From Macrostomum lignano (Eukaryota): a DNA stretch of 64,000 bases. Below the pieces are notes generated by a model. The model saw only the letters and a list, made by a program, of their open reading frames with translations. It searched no databases and was not told the origin of the DNA. Location of the stretch: NCBI GenBank assembly GCA_002269645.1, contig NIVC01000409.1:154371-218370 (forward strand), written 5' to 3'. Below, one piece after another: positions 36,341-47,186 of the stretch (position 1 is the stretch's first letter; each line of letters opens with the position of its first letter). The position numbers and the translations under genes were made by a program.

Positions 36341-37609
36341 CTAAGGCAGCGCAGAGGCAGTGAAGCCGAGAACCTCAACTTCGCACAGGCTGACGTAAGT
36401 GTTCAGCCGATTGATGAGGCGAACCCGACTGCCGTAGCCGAGGCAGCTGACCGTCTTGATGGAGAAGCTCTGAGCTACGTCCACCCTGGCGCACTCGACA
36501 TCGTCAACCAGCAGGGTGAGCTTGTTGAGCCTCTCAGCGCAGCAGTCCTGCCTGTTGAAGATGCGGACGGCCGTGGTGCGGGACTGCTGGGCGAGGTCGG
36601 CTTGCCACCACTGGAAGTCGCCTCCGTCGGTGTGGGTGCAGGAGTCATGAGAAAAATGCTGATTCTTGTTACCGTCAATCGCTAGACCGCAGAAATATTG
36701 TCCAAGCGTGGAGATCTGACTGCAGTTTCGAATGGGCAGAACGGATTCCGCTGGCGCTGCAAGAGTCAATAAACTCTCAAATTTAGACATAATTTGTAGA
36801 ACTGCATTAATGAGTGCCCTGATTCGCAGTAAAATATGGAATATTTTTCAGTCAATAATCCTGTCACACAGCCTTTCAGACTGTTTAGAGGCATGATGTG
36901 CAACTTGCAAGTGGATGGAAATAAAGAAGTCTGGTTATTCTTCCCACAGTTAATCTGAAAATCCAGTGGTCCTCACGCCTAGTGATGTGTTACACTTTTA
37001 TAAGTATGGTATGATAAGTACGAGCTAAGTGTGGGTGCAGGAGCCTTCGTGAAAGTTCTGATCCGTGTTACCATCGATTGCTGGACCGCAGACTGCGCTC
37101 TGGTAAGTAGAAATCTGACTGCAGTTTCGAACAGTCAAAAAGGCTTCTGTTAGCTTTAAAGCTACCAAAGCGAAGGGCAGACATTGAAATAACAGTTTTT
37201 GAATCTCAGCATTTATAAGCAAAATTCCTCCTTACCATCATTTATGTCATTGAATTCATTCAGTGTGGAACTCACAGTCGAAATACTTCGTGAAGACGTC
37301 GACCGGCTTGTCGCTCGGCTGCCACAGCGACTTGCTGAAGAACGCAGCGATGCTGAACAGCTGGCACGACAGACTCGCCTCTTGCCAGTAGAAGCCGAAG
37401 CAGACACCGGACTGGGCTCTGCACTGCAGAGAGCACTGCAGCTCGCCGACAACTTCTAGCACGGACTTGAAGGACTGCGGCACCGTCAGGCTGTGGGGCT
37501 GGGCTAAAGAGAACAGCTTCTGGTTGGCGCAGCTGCCAGGGTCATTGCCTGAGACTGTAGAGCAGGTTGTCGCCAACAGAGCGAGTGCCAGTTGAAGCAG
37601 ATGTTGCAT
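36341..37609 (-). CDS. Secreted PAN/apple + F-type lectin protein, copy 2; join(complement 37276..37609, 36341..36756)
   Basis: Near-identical to copy 1, with the same splice sites and phase and an intact HX26RXDX4R motif. Confidence 0.88.
37025..37161 (-). pseudogene. Truncated F-type lectin half-exon inside the intron of copy 2
   Basis: Same 137-nt dead exon as 30107-30243, ending CTHT*. Confidence 0.8.
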
Positions 37610-38199
37610 TTTTTTGTTTTGGTTGGGTATTAACGGCCTGAAGCTCTAGCTTAACCTCCCAGATGAAAACAAGGCATGGGTTTAGTCTGCTGCTTTAGCA
37701 GTTTATAATTAATTTGAGTGGATACGATGCAAAATATCCCTCCCCCCCAGATAATGCAATATTTTGCAATGCACATCTGCGCTTAATTTACGGGATTTAA
37801 GGCTATTGGGATAATTCTGGTTGCCATGTAGTTGATGGGGATGGGGATACTGCTGTCAGGTGCAGCGCATGGAGATTCATCATAATGAGCAGCAGATGCA
37901 TTGCAAGTTGCGATCCCATTCCCCATAGGCAGCTCCAAGTCTCTCAACGGAGCAGTTGTGAGGACAATAGAAAAAGTTTTAGCTGCTTAAACACCTAGGC
38001 CAGGATTAGGGTTTTAAAATCGATTCTATTACCTTATATTATAGTCCGCTGTCACGCATTTTAATTGAAAGCGTTGAAGCCGTTGAAGGAGGCACTGGAG
38101 TTGCCTATTCCTCTGACCCTGCCAACTGCGGCAGCTGTCAGAAGAGTCGAGGGAAAGGCAGCGGGCCGCAGCCTTCCAATCCCGCTTTATTGTCAGAAG

Positions 38200-38390
38200 C
38201 TAAAGCCCCTAGTGCTAAAGCCCCCGGTGCTAAAGCCCCTGGTGTTAAAGACCCTGGTGCGAAAGCCCCCGGTGCTAAAGCCCCAGGTGCTAAAGCCCCT
38301 GGTGCTAAAGCCCCTGGTGCGAAAGCCCTGGTGCTAAAGCCCCTGGTGCGAAAACCCCCGGTGCTAAAGCCCCTGGTGGTGAAGCTCCTT
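38200..38390. repeat. 15-bp minisatellite (GGTGCTAAAGCCCCT)n
   Basis: About 11 units; explains the APGAK and KPLVL ORFs. Confidence 0.9.
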
Positions 38391-38669
38391 GTGCTGGCGT
38401 CACTGGAGCGGCCTCAGAATTAAAAGCAGCTGAGAGACTGAGTGAGATTTGTTTACGAGCAGCAGTGAAGCCAGAGTAGGTGTGCGGGCAGAAATTGATT
38501 CATAATCTTGAGGTTAAAGTTAAAATTTTATTTTGGCAAAAAATTTAGGCTCGTATTTAGTCTGGTCTCCGCCTGTTCGCCCTTGCGTTCTCGTTTGCTC
38601 AGATTTTTTTTTCGCTTTTTCATTCGACTGTTAAATCTTTCGAAAGAAAAAAATTCGTCCGCAAGCTTT

Positions 38670-38862
38670 GGGCCGTATGCAGAAAGCTCTGTCTAGGGTA
38701 GTCCGGTCTTGAAAAGCTAGTCTAGACTTGGATTTGGTATGCAGAAACACAAAGTTAGACCGGTCTACTATAGCAGAACTAGGCTAGCTAGACCATAGAC
38801 TATAGACTGAACTACCCAAGTCCGGACTAGCTAGTCTGGACTAAGCTTTCTGCATACGGCCC
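38670..38862. mobile_element. MITE with 19-bp TIR GGGCCGTATGCAGAAAGCT (Harbinger-like ends)
   Basis: Perfect TIR pair; interior rich in CTAGAC/GTCTAG; TSD not clear. Confidence 0.65.
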
Positions 38863-39149
38863 CTAGTCTTGCCTCGATCCTTTCCTCGCGGTTTAAGGGC
38901 GAAGTCCCGTTTTGAATGGCATTTTCCCATTTTGATGGTCCATTCTACATTCTATGGTTGTGTATTCCCAAGCAGCCCGAGTCTGCGGTCTGGCTTGAAT
39001 GTCTATGGCGTCCCGTTTTGATTATCCAAATTCCCATTTAGATCATCAAAAGCAATACTAGCTTGCAAAATGCCATAATAAGAATTGCGGGAGGGCTAGG
39101 ACCATGGATGAATAATATAACTGGATCGCCAAAAGCTCAATTTTTTTGG

Positions 39150-39385
39150 TCCTAGCCATAGACAGGCACCAGCATCACAAGAAGCTCAAGACGCCATGAA
39201 TTTATTGTCTTCACTTGACTCTCATTTGTCAAGTTTGCTTGCAACTCATTTGGCTGTTTGTTTTCGCCTTTTATTGTTTGTTTGTTTGTCAAGGTTTGCA
39301 GCTTCTGAAACTGCTATTTGTCTATGTGTGAAAGTACGGCGTCATGAGCTTCTTGTGATGCTGGTGCCTGTTTATGGCTAGGACC
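39150..39385. mobile_element. Palindromic MITE with about 45-bp arms starting TAGCCATAGACAGGCACCAGCATCACAAGAAGCTC
   Basis: The reverse complement of the arm is at 39338-39385. Confidence 0.75.
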
Positions 39386-39874
39386 AAACAAATCGAGCTT
39401 TTGGCGATCCAGTTACGTTATTCATTCATGGCTAGGACACACTGGCGCAGCGCTTTCGGCGACGATATCCCAAAATCAACGCTGGGGCAATTCTGGCCAT
39501 TCATCTTCATTCAGCCGACTTCTGAGCACATGCAATCGCGCCAATGCGCACACATGCACACGCTTACAAAGGTTGTGCAGTGGCCTTAGCTTGATCTACT
39601 GACCAGGTATGTACACACACTGTGTCTTAGGGGTTGGCCGTCAAGGGTGTGACTGGCATGACAACCCTTCGGTCAATTTTTTACATTGCTAGGCCAAAAA
39701 TTAATGTGGCCGCAAATGGAATCGAACCAGAAATCGTGGCGAGAGATTTAGGGTTAGGGTAACACTTTAGCCAGTCAGTCACATGGCTTGTGCCATAGAC
39801 TAACTGTACCGGATATTGATGCGTCTTTTGCTTTCAGTAGGTTAAATATTTTCTCCCCCTTTTTCCAAACATGT

Positions 39875-39953
39875 CTATGGAAAAGTAAGTCCGAGGATGC
39901 ATTTCTCAGGCCGAGGCCTTGATAATATCATCCTCGGACTTACTTTTCCATAG
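39875..39953. repeat. Hairpin with 25-bp perfect arms and a 29-nt loop
   Basis: CTATGGAAAAGTAAGTCCGAGGATG ... CATCCTCGGACTTACTTTTCCATAG; looser pairing continues outward. Confidence 0.85.
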
Positions 39954-40393
39954 CCACTCTGGGAAAAGGAGGAGAATGTATACTTAAACCATGCAGAATA
40001 TACACAGAATGCCGATTCGAGTATTTTTGTTTAAAAAATCGGTACAAGAATTAAAATCCCACCAGCCTACTCTTGTTGTGAAGCTTTGATAAGTAGGGCT
40101 TGATTTTTGCCATAGACTATTCTATGAATGAAAATGAAAAAGGAAAAGGAAAGGAAAGGTTTTCACTTAACTGAAAATTAAGTTCAGTCTGAGCTTTTCT
40201 GCGCAGCATGGCTGAAAAATCCAGACTCCAGTGCGCAGCCTATGCATGCCCAAACTATGCCTACAAGTGCCCTCCGGAGTCCCGGACACCCGATTCCTCA
40301 CGGCGAACGCTGTGCTAAGGCAATGACCAAGTTGTTTGCCAGACTTCGCCTGCATCACTGGTGCAACAGTCAGAGGACGCTCGCTCGGCAGAG

Positions 40394-41961
40394 TACAAGA
40401 CATTGCCAACCCAAAAAGTGGAATCAGGGACGGTGCTAGGACCGAGTCCACCCAGGCTACCCCCCCCCCAGCAGACAAGTCCTCGGGAGTGCGCGAAAAA
40501 CAGAATTGGATTTACTACTGAAAGCCGTCCAAGAGCGGGGAAACCCAGAAGTCTTGGAAGGGGCTTAACTGTTCGAGCGAGTCTGGAAGGCTTGTATCCG
40601 AGGGCGAGTCTCCTTGCAAGCCACAAGGGCATCACCTATCCAGCTCAATATTGGAGGCCAGGCCAAGGGGGGAGGGGCACAAGGGGCAAGAGGAAACCGG
40701 ACTCAGCCGGTTTTCCCCGATTCGGGACGAACATCCTTCCCAGGACTCCAATCCACTGTCAGAGATGACAGCCAAGACACAATAAGCAAGGAGACAACCA
40801 GAGGAGCCAGCAGATGGACCAAGGACAGAGCAGGATGGACCGGGCAGGTAGGGCAGAGCTCATAACTCCGAGAATTGGAAGGCTTCTAATGGCCAGATAA
40901 AATAATAAAAGCATAAAAGAATGGGGATAAAACCGCGCTGGGATGCCAGCCCAGAAAAAAAGAATGGCAGAAAGGAGGAGCACCTGAACCCTACTAGCAG
41001 GTGGGGAGCACCCTGCAACCCGGGGCTCAGCCTCAGGGCTGGCATCAACTGGGCTCTACCGTACACTTTTGTGAATGGTCGTCTTTCCTGCAGGGCGGGT
41101 ACGACCGGGGGGCTCAAGTCCCGTTCTGGCCACACTGCAGTCCAGGGGGTCTTTCTCGAAAATTGCGTAAGTTCTATGGTAAGTTCGATCTTAAGTTAGA
41201 ACTTTACGCTCTGCGTAAGATCAATTCTAAGCCAGTTTCTCGAAACTCGCTTAGACTTTGCGTGACTTACGCGATTCGTAAGTCTACGAGGCTCGTAGTT
41301 AAGTCGATAAAGTGTTGTCTATGGAAGAGAAGACAAAAAATCAAATCTAAAAAGCTAATTTAAATGATATGTATTGCTTGCTTTTTTACTAACAGTAATA
41401 GGAAATGGGCACCAGTTTTATTTTATTTTATTTTAGGAAAGTACCCAAAGAAATACATGCATGTACAAGCAAAAGATTATAATGTTTTAGAACGCGAGCA
41501 GTTGTTAACCAGTTTTTTGGCTTGACAGTTAAAAGTCGTAACAGATCAAGTCAATTAAAGTAGACAATCAACCCGCACAACTCCACATTGACCCCTAAAT
41601 CACAGAACACACCAGTTGTCGTGGACATCACTACCAATCACAACCTCAGACTTGATCTGATCTTTGCTGTCACTTGCAGTATTAAAGATATCGTACCCTG
41701 AGATCTCTCCGATAAGTGCTTCTTACCGAGATACCGAGCAGTCGTAGGGTTAAGATCAACCTTACGAAAGACCATAGACATACGAACGTTTCGAGAAACA
41801 GACTTTTGCGCAAAGTTACGAGCTCGCAAAGTTGCGATTGATCGTACGTCGTTTCAAGTTGACTTTCGAGCAAGCCATAAGCACTTCCTCCCCAACTTAC
41901 GTCTATGGCCGATCGTAAGTTGCTTTCGAGAAAGACCCCCCCCAGATCTCCAACTCACTCC
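40394..41961 (-). mobile_element. Dispersed repeat copy B (homolog of 27754-28692), interrupted by a MITE and flanked by 83-bp direct repeats
   Basis: Shared blocks from GCCAACCCAA to CAGATCTCCAACTCACTCC; flanking repeats at 40311-40393 and 41962-42044. Confidence 0.75.
41146..41942. mobile_element. About 0.8-kb PIF/Harbinger-like MITE
   Basis: TIR GGGGTCTTTCTCGAAA / TTTCGAGAAAGACCCC and a 3-bp CAG target duplication, confirmed by the empty site in copy A (GTCCAGATCTCC). Confidence 0.8.
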
Positions 41962-42302
41962 TGTGCTAAGGCAATGGCCAAGTTGTTTGCCAGACTTCGC
42001 CTGCATCACTGGTGCAACAGTCAGAGGACGCTCGCTCAGCAGAGAAAGCGGGGGCGTACAACAGGAATAAAGAGAGCTGAAGAGAGGAAGAAGCTGATGC
42101 GATTAAATGCTGTTTAACTGTAGTTTAACTGTGATGCGAATGAATTCTGCTTAGCTGTTGTTTGTTGATGATGCGAATGAATTCTGTTTAACTTGAGTTC
42201 TTCATTGTTTGGTTTGTTTAAATGATAAACTACGAAAAAATGATAAAATTTTACACTTGGTCCTCCAGGTTACTTATTATTCTTCACTAATTTATACTAC
42301 TG

Positions 42303-42658
42303 GCCATAGACTTCACAACAAGAGTAGTGCACACGAATTTTAATTCGACTTCATGGAAATCGCTCGATTTGGCATTCTGTGTATATTCTGTGACTTAAAC
42401 TACGATTATTGGTTTTGTCAGCCTAACTGAGAATAAAGCCATCCAAAGTGAGAATCCTGCCTACGCTGACTGCGAAGGGCCTGGCTGCGTGCAGCCTTAG
42501 CCTATGGGCCATAGGCTATAAAGGATAAGCAAAGTGATAAAAAGATGCTTTAGCTAATAAAGAAAATTTCTTTATTCTCAGTTAGGCTGACAAAAGCAAT
42601 ACTTATTTAATCGTTAAAAATTGTACTATTCTGAGCCGGGAATGAGTTGTCTATGGTA
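42303..42658. mobile_element. MITE with CCATAGAC/GTCTATGG ends and an internal 30-bp inverted repeat
   Basis: Terminal 8-bp inverted match and internal TTTGTCAGCCTAACTGAGAATAAAG / CTTTATTCTCAGTTAGGCTGACAAAA. A similar right end occurs at about 52.74-52.77 kb. Confidence 0.6.
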
Positions 42659-44099
42659 ATTTTTGTGAGATTATTTGACAAAAACTAGGATATTATATCA
42701 TGTAATCTCCTCGAAATCAGGAGCATTATATGGAACATTGAATTGAACAAGTAAACAGTATATTTAGCAACAAACACAACTGAAATAACAACAAAACTTG
42801 GCATACTCAACTTGTATGATCTCTCGCATGGCAGCATCTAGCGCACGTCGCGTTTCAGCGAACTCGGCGTCAGTCCAGATGGAAAGAGTCCGTCTAAGTC
42901 CGTAAACAAAGTGGTGTTGGATCATGAAGACTATGTAGTGTGAGCATCTTTGCGTGTATTTTGTTGTAAATTGATTGTATTAGTTTCTATATTGTTATTG
43001 AATTGTTATTTTGCTTCAGTTTAGTCATGCGTTTTTGGTGTACTTTTTTTTCTTGTTAGTTAGAATCTAAAATTGTAAACAGGTTAGAAGTCAGACGCCA
43101 TTTGTGACTCAGCGGAGGGTTGAGTTTTTCTGCGAATCCCAGCTTTGCGCGGTCAGCCAATCAGAACCGGCCTGGACCCTGGCACGCGGCAAGTTCCAGT
43201 TCTACCCGGCGCCGCGGGCACAGTGCAATTCGGCTTAAGCAAGCGGCCGGCCAGACGACCACCACCCGGCTTGAGGGGGGTTGTGAGGGTTTGACTCTGA
43301 CTGTATATGAAAGTGTATTTGGCAATCGGATCTCGCCTTCTCTTTCCTGCTCCGTCCCCGGTTTTGGTTTGTGTTCCGGCTTCCCGGCCGGTGGCCTATT
43401 TCCCTTTGGTTCGCGCTTTGAGGCGTTTTGAGTTCGTCACCCCCGGTCCATATTTTGTTCCCCGCCCAACCGCTTCAGTCTTGTAGCGTAACGATTCGGC
43501 ATCCTTGTCTGACGTCGTCGCTATCAAGCGCGGTTAGATAGAGACTGTCGGATCTGATCAAGTACGCGGCCTCGACCCCGAGGGCCTCAGTGTCACACTG
43601 AAGGGCAGTGCCGATAGAATTTAGTCGGTACTCCGTTGAACGGTCGGTTCGGCAGGGCTCTCGTTTGAGTGTAGGTTGTGGCTTAGGCCAGGGGTTAGGA
43701 GTCTTCTCCGTGGTCGTGTTCGGTTCCTCTTCCTCTTCTTCTCAGCTGAGATCTGCTTGCCAGTTGCGTAATCTAATTATTATTGTTAACCGTTATCGTC
43801 GTTTTGTCAACTCTGGTTATCTGCGCCGCTTTGAATTTGAATCTTGTAACTATTGAATGTGTCAAATTAAACCGTCAAGTCAATTGTTTATTAGCTATTC
43901 TTATAGGATTATCACTCCCTAAATCTTTCGGTTCGTGTTCCCTCGTGTTCTTTCTTTTCTTGTACTGTACCTGTGGCTATTGAAGAAGACTGGTAGAACT
44001 CGCCGACCGGCGATAGGCGATTAGGGCCAATAGCTTTAAAATCTCTGACGTCCCAAAAATAGGTTTGTCTAGGGCCTAAATAATTGCTCACCGTGCATG

Positions 44100-44485
44100 C
44101 TATTTATCTAATTGCCTATTTATCACAACTAGATCTAGATCTTTGAGGGTGCCAGGTGGAAACTTTTCCCAGTTCTCTTTACGAACTTCGAACAGAAAAT
44201 ACTGGAGCAAATGATTCAGGTCGGATTTCGTGAGATCCTCGGTTGGCTTGAGAACCATGAGTCCTGACTCATCGCCTGTCAACTGACGATTGACGCGCAT
44301 CTCTTTCTATAGATTGAATAACTTCATTGCCCATTTTTCCTTTGCTCTGGTAGCAGCAGGCAAACTTTCGTCGATTCTTTTTTTAGAGCAGCTTCGTCCA
44401 GGGACTCAGCAGAAACTCGAGTTGTCGACTCAATTCCGAAAGCAGCAAAGAAAGCGTCAAAATTGAAGTTTTCTAAGCATTCCAT
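44100..44485 (-). mobile_element. Crypton-type (DUF3504/ZMYM-like tyrosine recombinase element) fragment
   Basis: LNHLLQYFLFEVRKENWEKFPPGTL matches the Crypton LNxxLxxFxxEVRKxxGxxYPPxTL motif; upstream KWAMKLF; contains a stop and a frameshift. Confidence 0.68.
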
Positions 44486-44758
44486 ATTGTATTGTTGATT
44501 CTAGTTCGAAGAAAAAGCGAATTTGAATTCGGCTGTTACGTTTTGCCACCGCTGACTGACTGCTGCTTCGTGACTGTATCTTTGTGAGAAATTTATTTAT
44601 TTGTCTATGGTCGGAATAAAATATGGTCTAAGCCTATATGTCTATCAATCAGATGGGATGCCCCCGTAAAATAGGCAATCGAATTTCATATATAATAAAC
44701 GCCGTTTAATTAATCATAGTCTACGTAGAATATCATCGGCTGCATTCAATTTAGAGAT

Positions 44759-44901
44759 GACGCACTGCTTTCGAGTGCAGCAACGACCTAGGCACGAGTG
44801 CGCGGCTCTCCTAAGATCTCTAATCTCCCTCTTTCTCGGGTCTCTAATCTCCCTCTTTGCACTTGTGCCTAGGTCGTTGCTGCACTCGAAAGCAGTGCGT
44901 C
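44759..44901. repeat. Hairpin with 43-bp arms (1 mismatch)
   Basis: GACGCACTGCTTTCGAGTGCAGCAACGACCTAGGCACGAGTGC and its reverse complement at 44859-44901. Confidence 0.9.
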
Positions 44902-44914
44902 GATATCATTGGCT

Positions 44915-45024
44915 AACGATTTTGTTTTTACCATAGAAGCGTGCGGCAACGTACCGTTTTGCGTGCGGCAATGCCCCATTGCGTTGCAGCACGCTTCTAT
45001 GGTAAAAACAAAAGCGAAATCGTT
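44915..45024. repeat. Second adjacent hairpin with about 37-bp arms
   Basis: AACGATTTTGTTTTTACCATAGAAGCGTGCGGCAACG pairs with 44982-45024 (one mismatch, one short insertion). Confidence 0.88.
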
Positions 45025-45082
45025 TGACAATGGTCCTCGGCTCGTTTCGCTCGCCTCGGGACCATTAAATTTGTTCTGCTGT

Positions 45083-45984
45083 CTAAGGCAGCACAGAGAC
45101 GGGGAAGCCGAGCAGCTCAACTTCGCACAGGCTGAAAGCCACACCACGCAAGCGACTGACGAGGCGAACCCGACTGCCGTAGCCGAGGCAGCTGACCGTC
45201 TTGATGGAGAAGCTCTGAGCTACGTCCACCCTGGCACACTCGACATCGTCAACCAGCAGGGTGAACTTGTTGAGCCTCTCAGCGCAGCAGTCCTGCCTGT
45301 TGAAGATGCGGACTGCCGTGATGCGGAACTGCTGAGCGAGGTCGGCCTGCCACCATTGGGATTTGCCTCCTTCGGTGTGGGCGCAGGAGCCTCCGTGAAA
45401 GTTCTGATTCGTGTTGCCATCGATTGCTAATCCGCAGACAGCACTCGCAAAAGTAGAGATCTGACTGCAGTTTTGAACAGTCAAAACTGCTTCTGTCAGT
45501 ACTGCAGCAACCAAAGCGAAGGGAAAGCATTTCACTAAGAGCCTTTAAGTCTCAGTAATTATTGAGGCTTAAATTAGGAGGCAAAATTACCTCCTTCAAA
45601 TAATTTATACCGTTGAATTCAATAAGTGCAAAACTCACAGTCGAACAGCTTTGTGAAGACATCGACCGGCTTGGCTCTCGGCTTGGCGCTCGGCTGCCAC
45701 AGCGACTTGCTAAAGAACGCAGCGATGCTGAACAGCTGGCACGACAGACTCGCCTCTTGCCAGTAGAAGCCGAAGCAGACACCGGACTGGGCCCTGCACT
45801 GCAGAGAGCACTGCAGCTCGCTGCCAACTGCCTGCACGGACTTGAAGGACTGCGGCACCTTCAGGCTGTGGGGCTCGGCTAAAGAGAACAGCTTCTGGTT
45901 GGCGCAGCTGCCGGGGTCATCGCCTGTGACTGTCGAGCAGATCGTCGCCAGCAGAGCGAATGCGGCTGTGAGGAGTTGCTGCAT
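45083..45984 (-). CDS. Secreted PAN/apple + F-type lectin protein, copy 3; join(complement 45639..45984, 45083..45501), 254 aa
   Basis: Signal peptide, PAN core, a 137-bp phase-1 intron GACT|GTGAGT...GCTGCAG|TA and an intact HX26RXDX4R motif. Confidence 0.9.
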
Positions 45985-46472
45985 CGCTCTGGATAGATCT
46001 TTGCAGTGTGAAATGGCTTTGTGACAAATACAGTATCGATCTACCTGTCGTAAGCTGTTTTAAGCTTTCTCCATTTGCCCCTGAAAGGATGCAAATATTT
46101 GCTAGTTCCGGTACAGTGGTTAAAACCCTACAGCGTTGCTCTGAGGTGGGACTGAGGCAACGGGTTGAGTTGGTGGGAAAGCACTGGAGGGAGTCAGTTT
46201 TTTAGTGATGATCATCAGAAAGCTCCCGTTGAGTAAGTTGCAATCAAGTTCCTGACGAAAGCAATCGTCACACACCCGAGAACCCAGTAATTGCTTTTAG
46301 ATGACAAAAGTGTTTCTGCTTCCCTGCATAAAATAAGAGAAAGCCCAAGTTTGAGAAACCCCTTTCATTGTACGAATACTCTCCGGCTAAAAGCAACGGA
46401 AACGCCATATCTTCTGAGTGACAAATACTTGCTGCCATGCAGCCAAGCAACTCCTCTATGCAGATGTAGATG

Positions 46473-46518
46473 GACAGACAGACAGACAGACAGGCAGACA
46501 GACAGACAGACAGACAGA
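46473..46518. repeat. (CAGA)n microsatellite
   Basis: Read directly from the sequence. Confidence 0.95.
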
Positions 46519-47186
46519 AACAGTCTGATTGGTGGGGGGTGCAGTACAACCGTCCTGCACGCATTAATCAGCTGTTCCTCACAGCATTTAAAACATCGAA
46601 TTCTCAGACTGCAAGATATCAGGAGCTATCTGGATTATAAGCCGGTACCTCAAGTTGTCGGCATCTTGAAGGTATGCCGTACATGTAGCAATTTTAGAAA
46701 TTTTATATGATTTAGCAATATGTAAATGTAACAGTACCATGCTGCTACTTGGTTGGGGTTGATGCGTCGTGCGAGAAGCTACGCTCGTACATCGTAGAAC
46801 CAAACATACTCGTAACAGAGTCCGGTTGAAAATATTAATCAAATTAGTGTTAGGATTTTGTGAATTTTTAAATCGTTTTTTATAAGGTATTTGCTGTCTT
46901 TTTTGTTTCACTAAAGTTGAAACAAAGGTCAAAGGTCTGTTTCCATTATTTGATACAGTAATTCAACTTTCATAGCATATGTTTTAATGTTTGATAATGG
47001 TTAGCAATTATGAAAATTATATTATGTCTAATTTGATCAAAAACAAATGTAAGCAGTACTTGTATTCTAATCGAATCAAAATGTCGTTATACCGTTTTAC
47101 TTTTAGTTAAAAATTTCAAATTATTTTAAAACTTTTTATTATACTTTCAAACTTTTAGTCACTACTTCGGCTGTTCGTCGCCTCCA

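Noticed and set aside
42930-43990. GC-rich block with CCAAT and GCCATTT motifs (LTR or promoter-like), bracketed by GAAGACT
   Set aside because: I found no TG...CA termini, PBS or downstream gene, so it could not be classified.
30326-45882. Plus-strand ORFs antisense to the PAN and FTP exons (e.g. 30326-30541, 37199-37459, 44909-45430, 45613-45882)
   Set aside because: They are shadow ORFs of GC-rich minus-strand coding exons.
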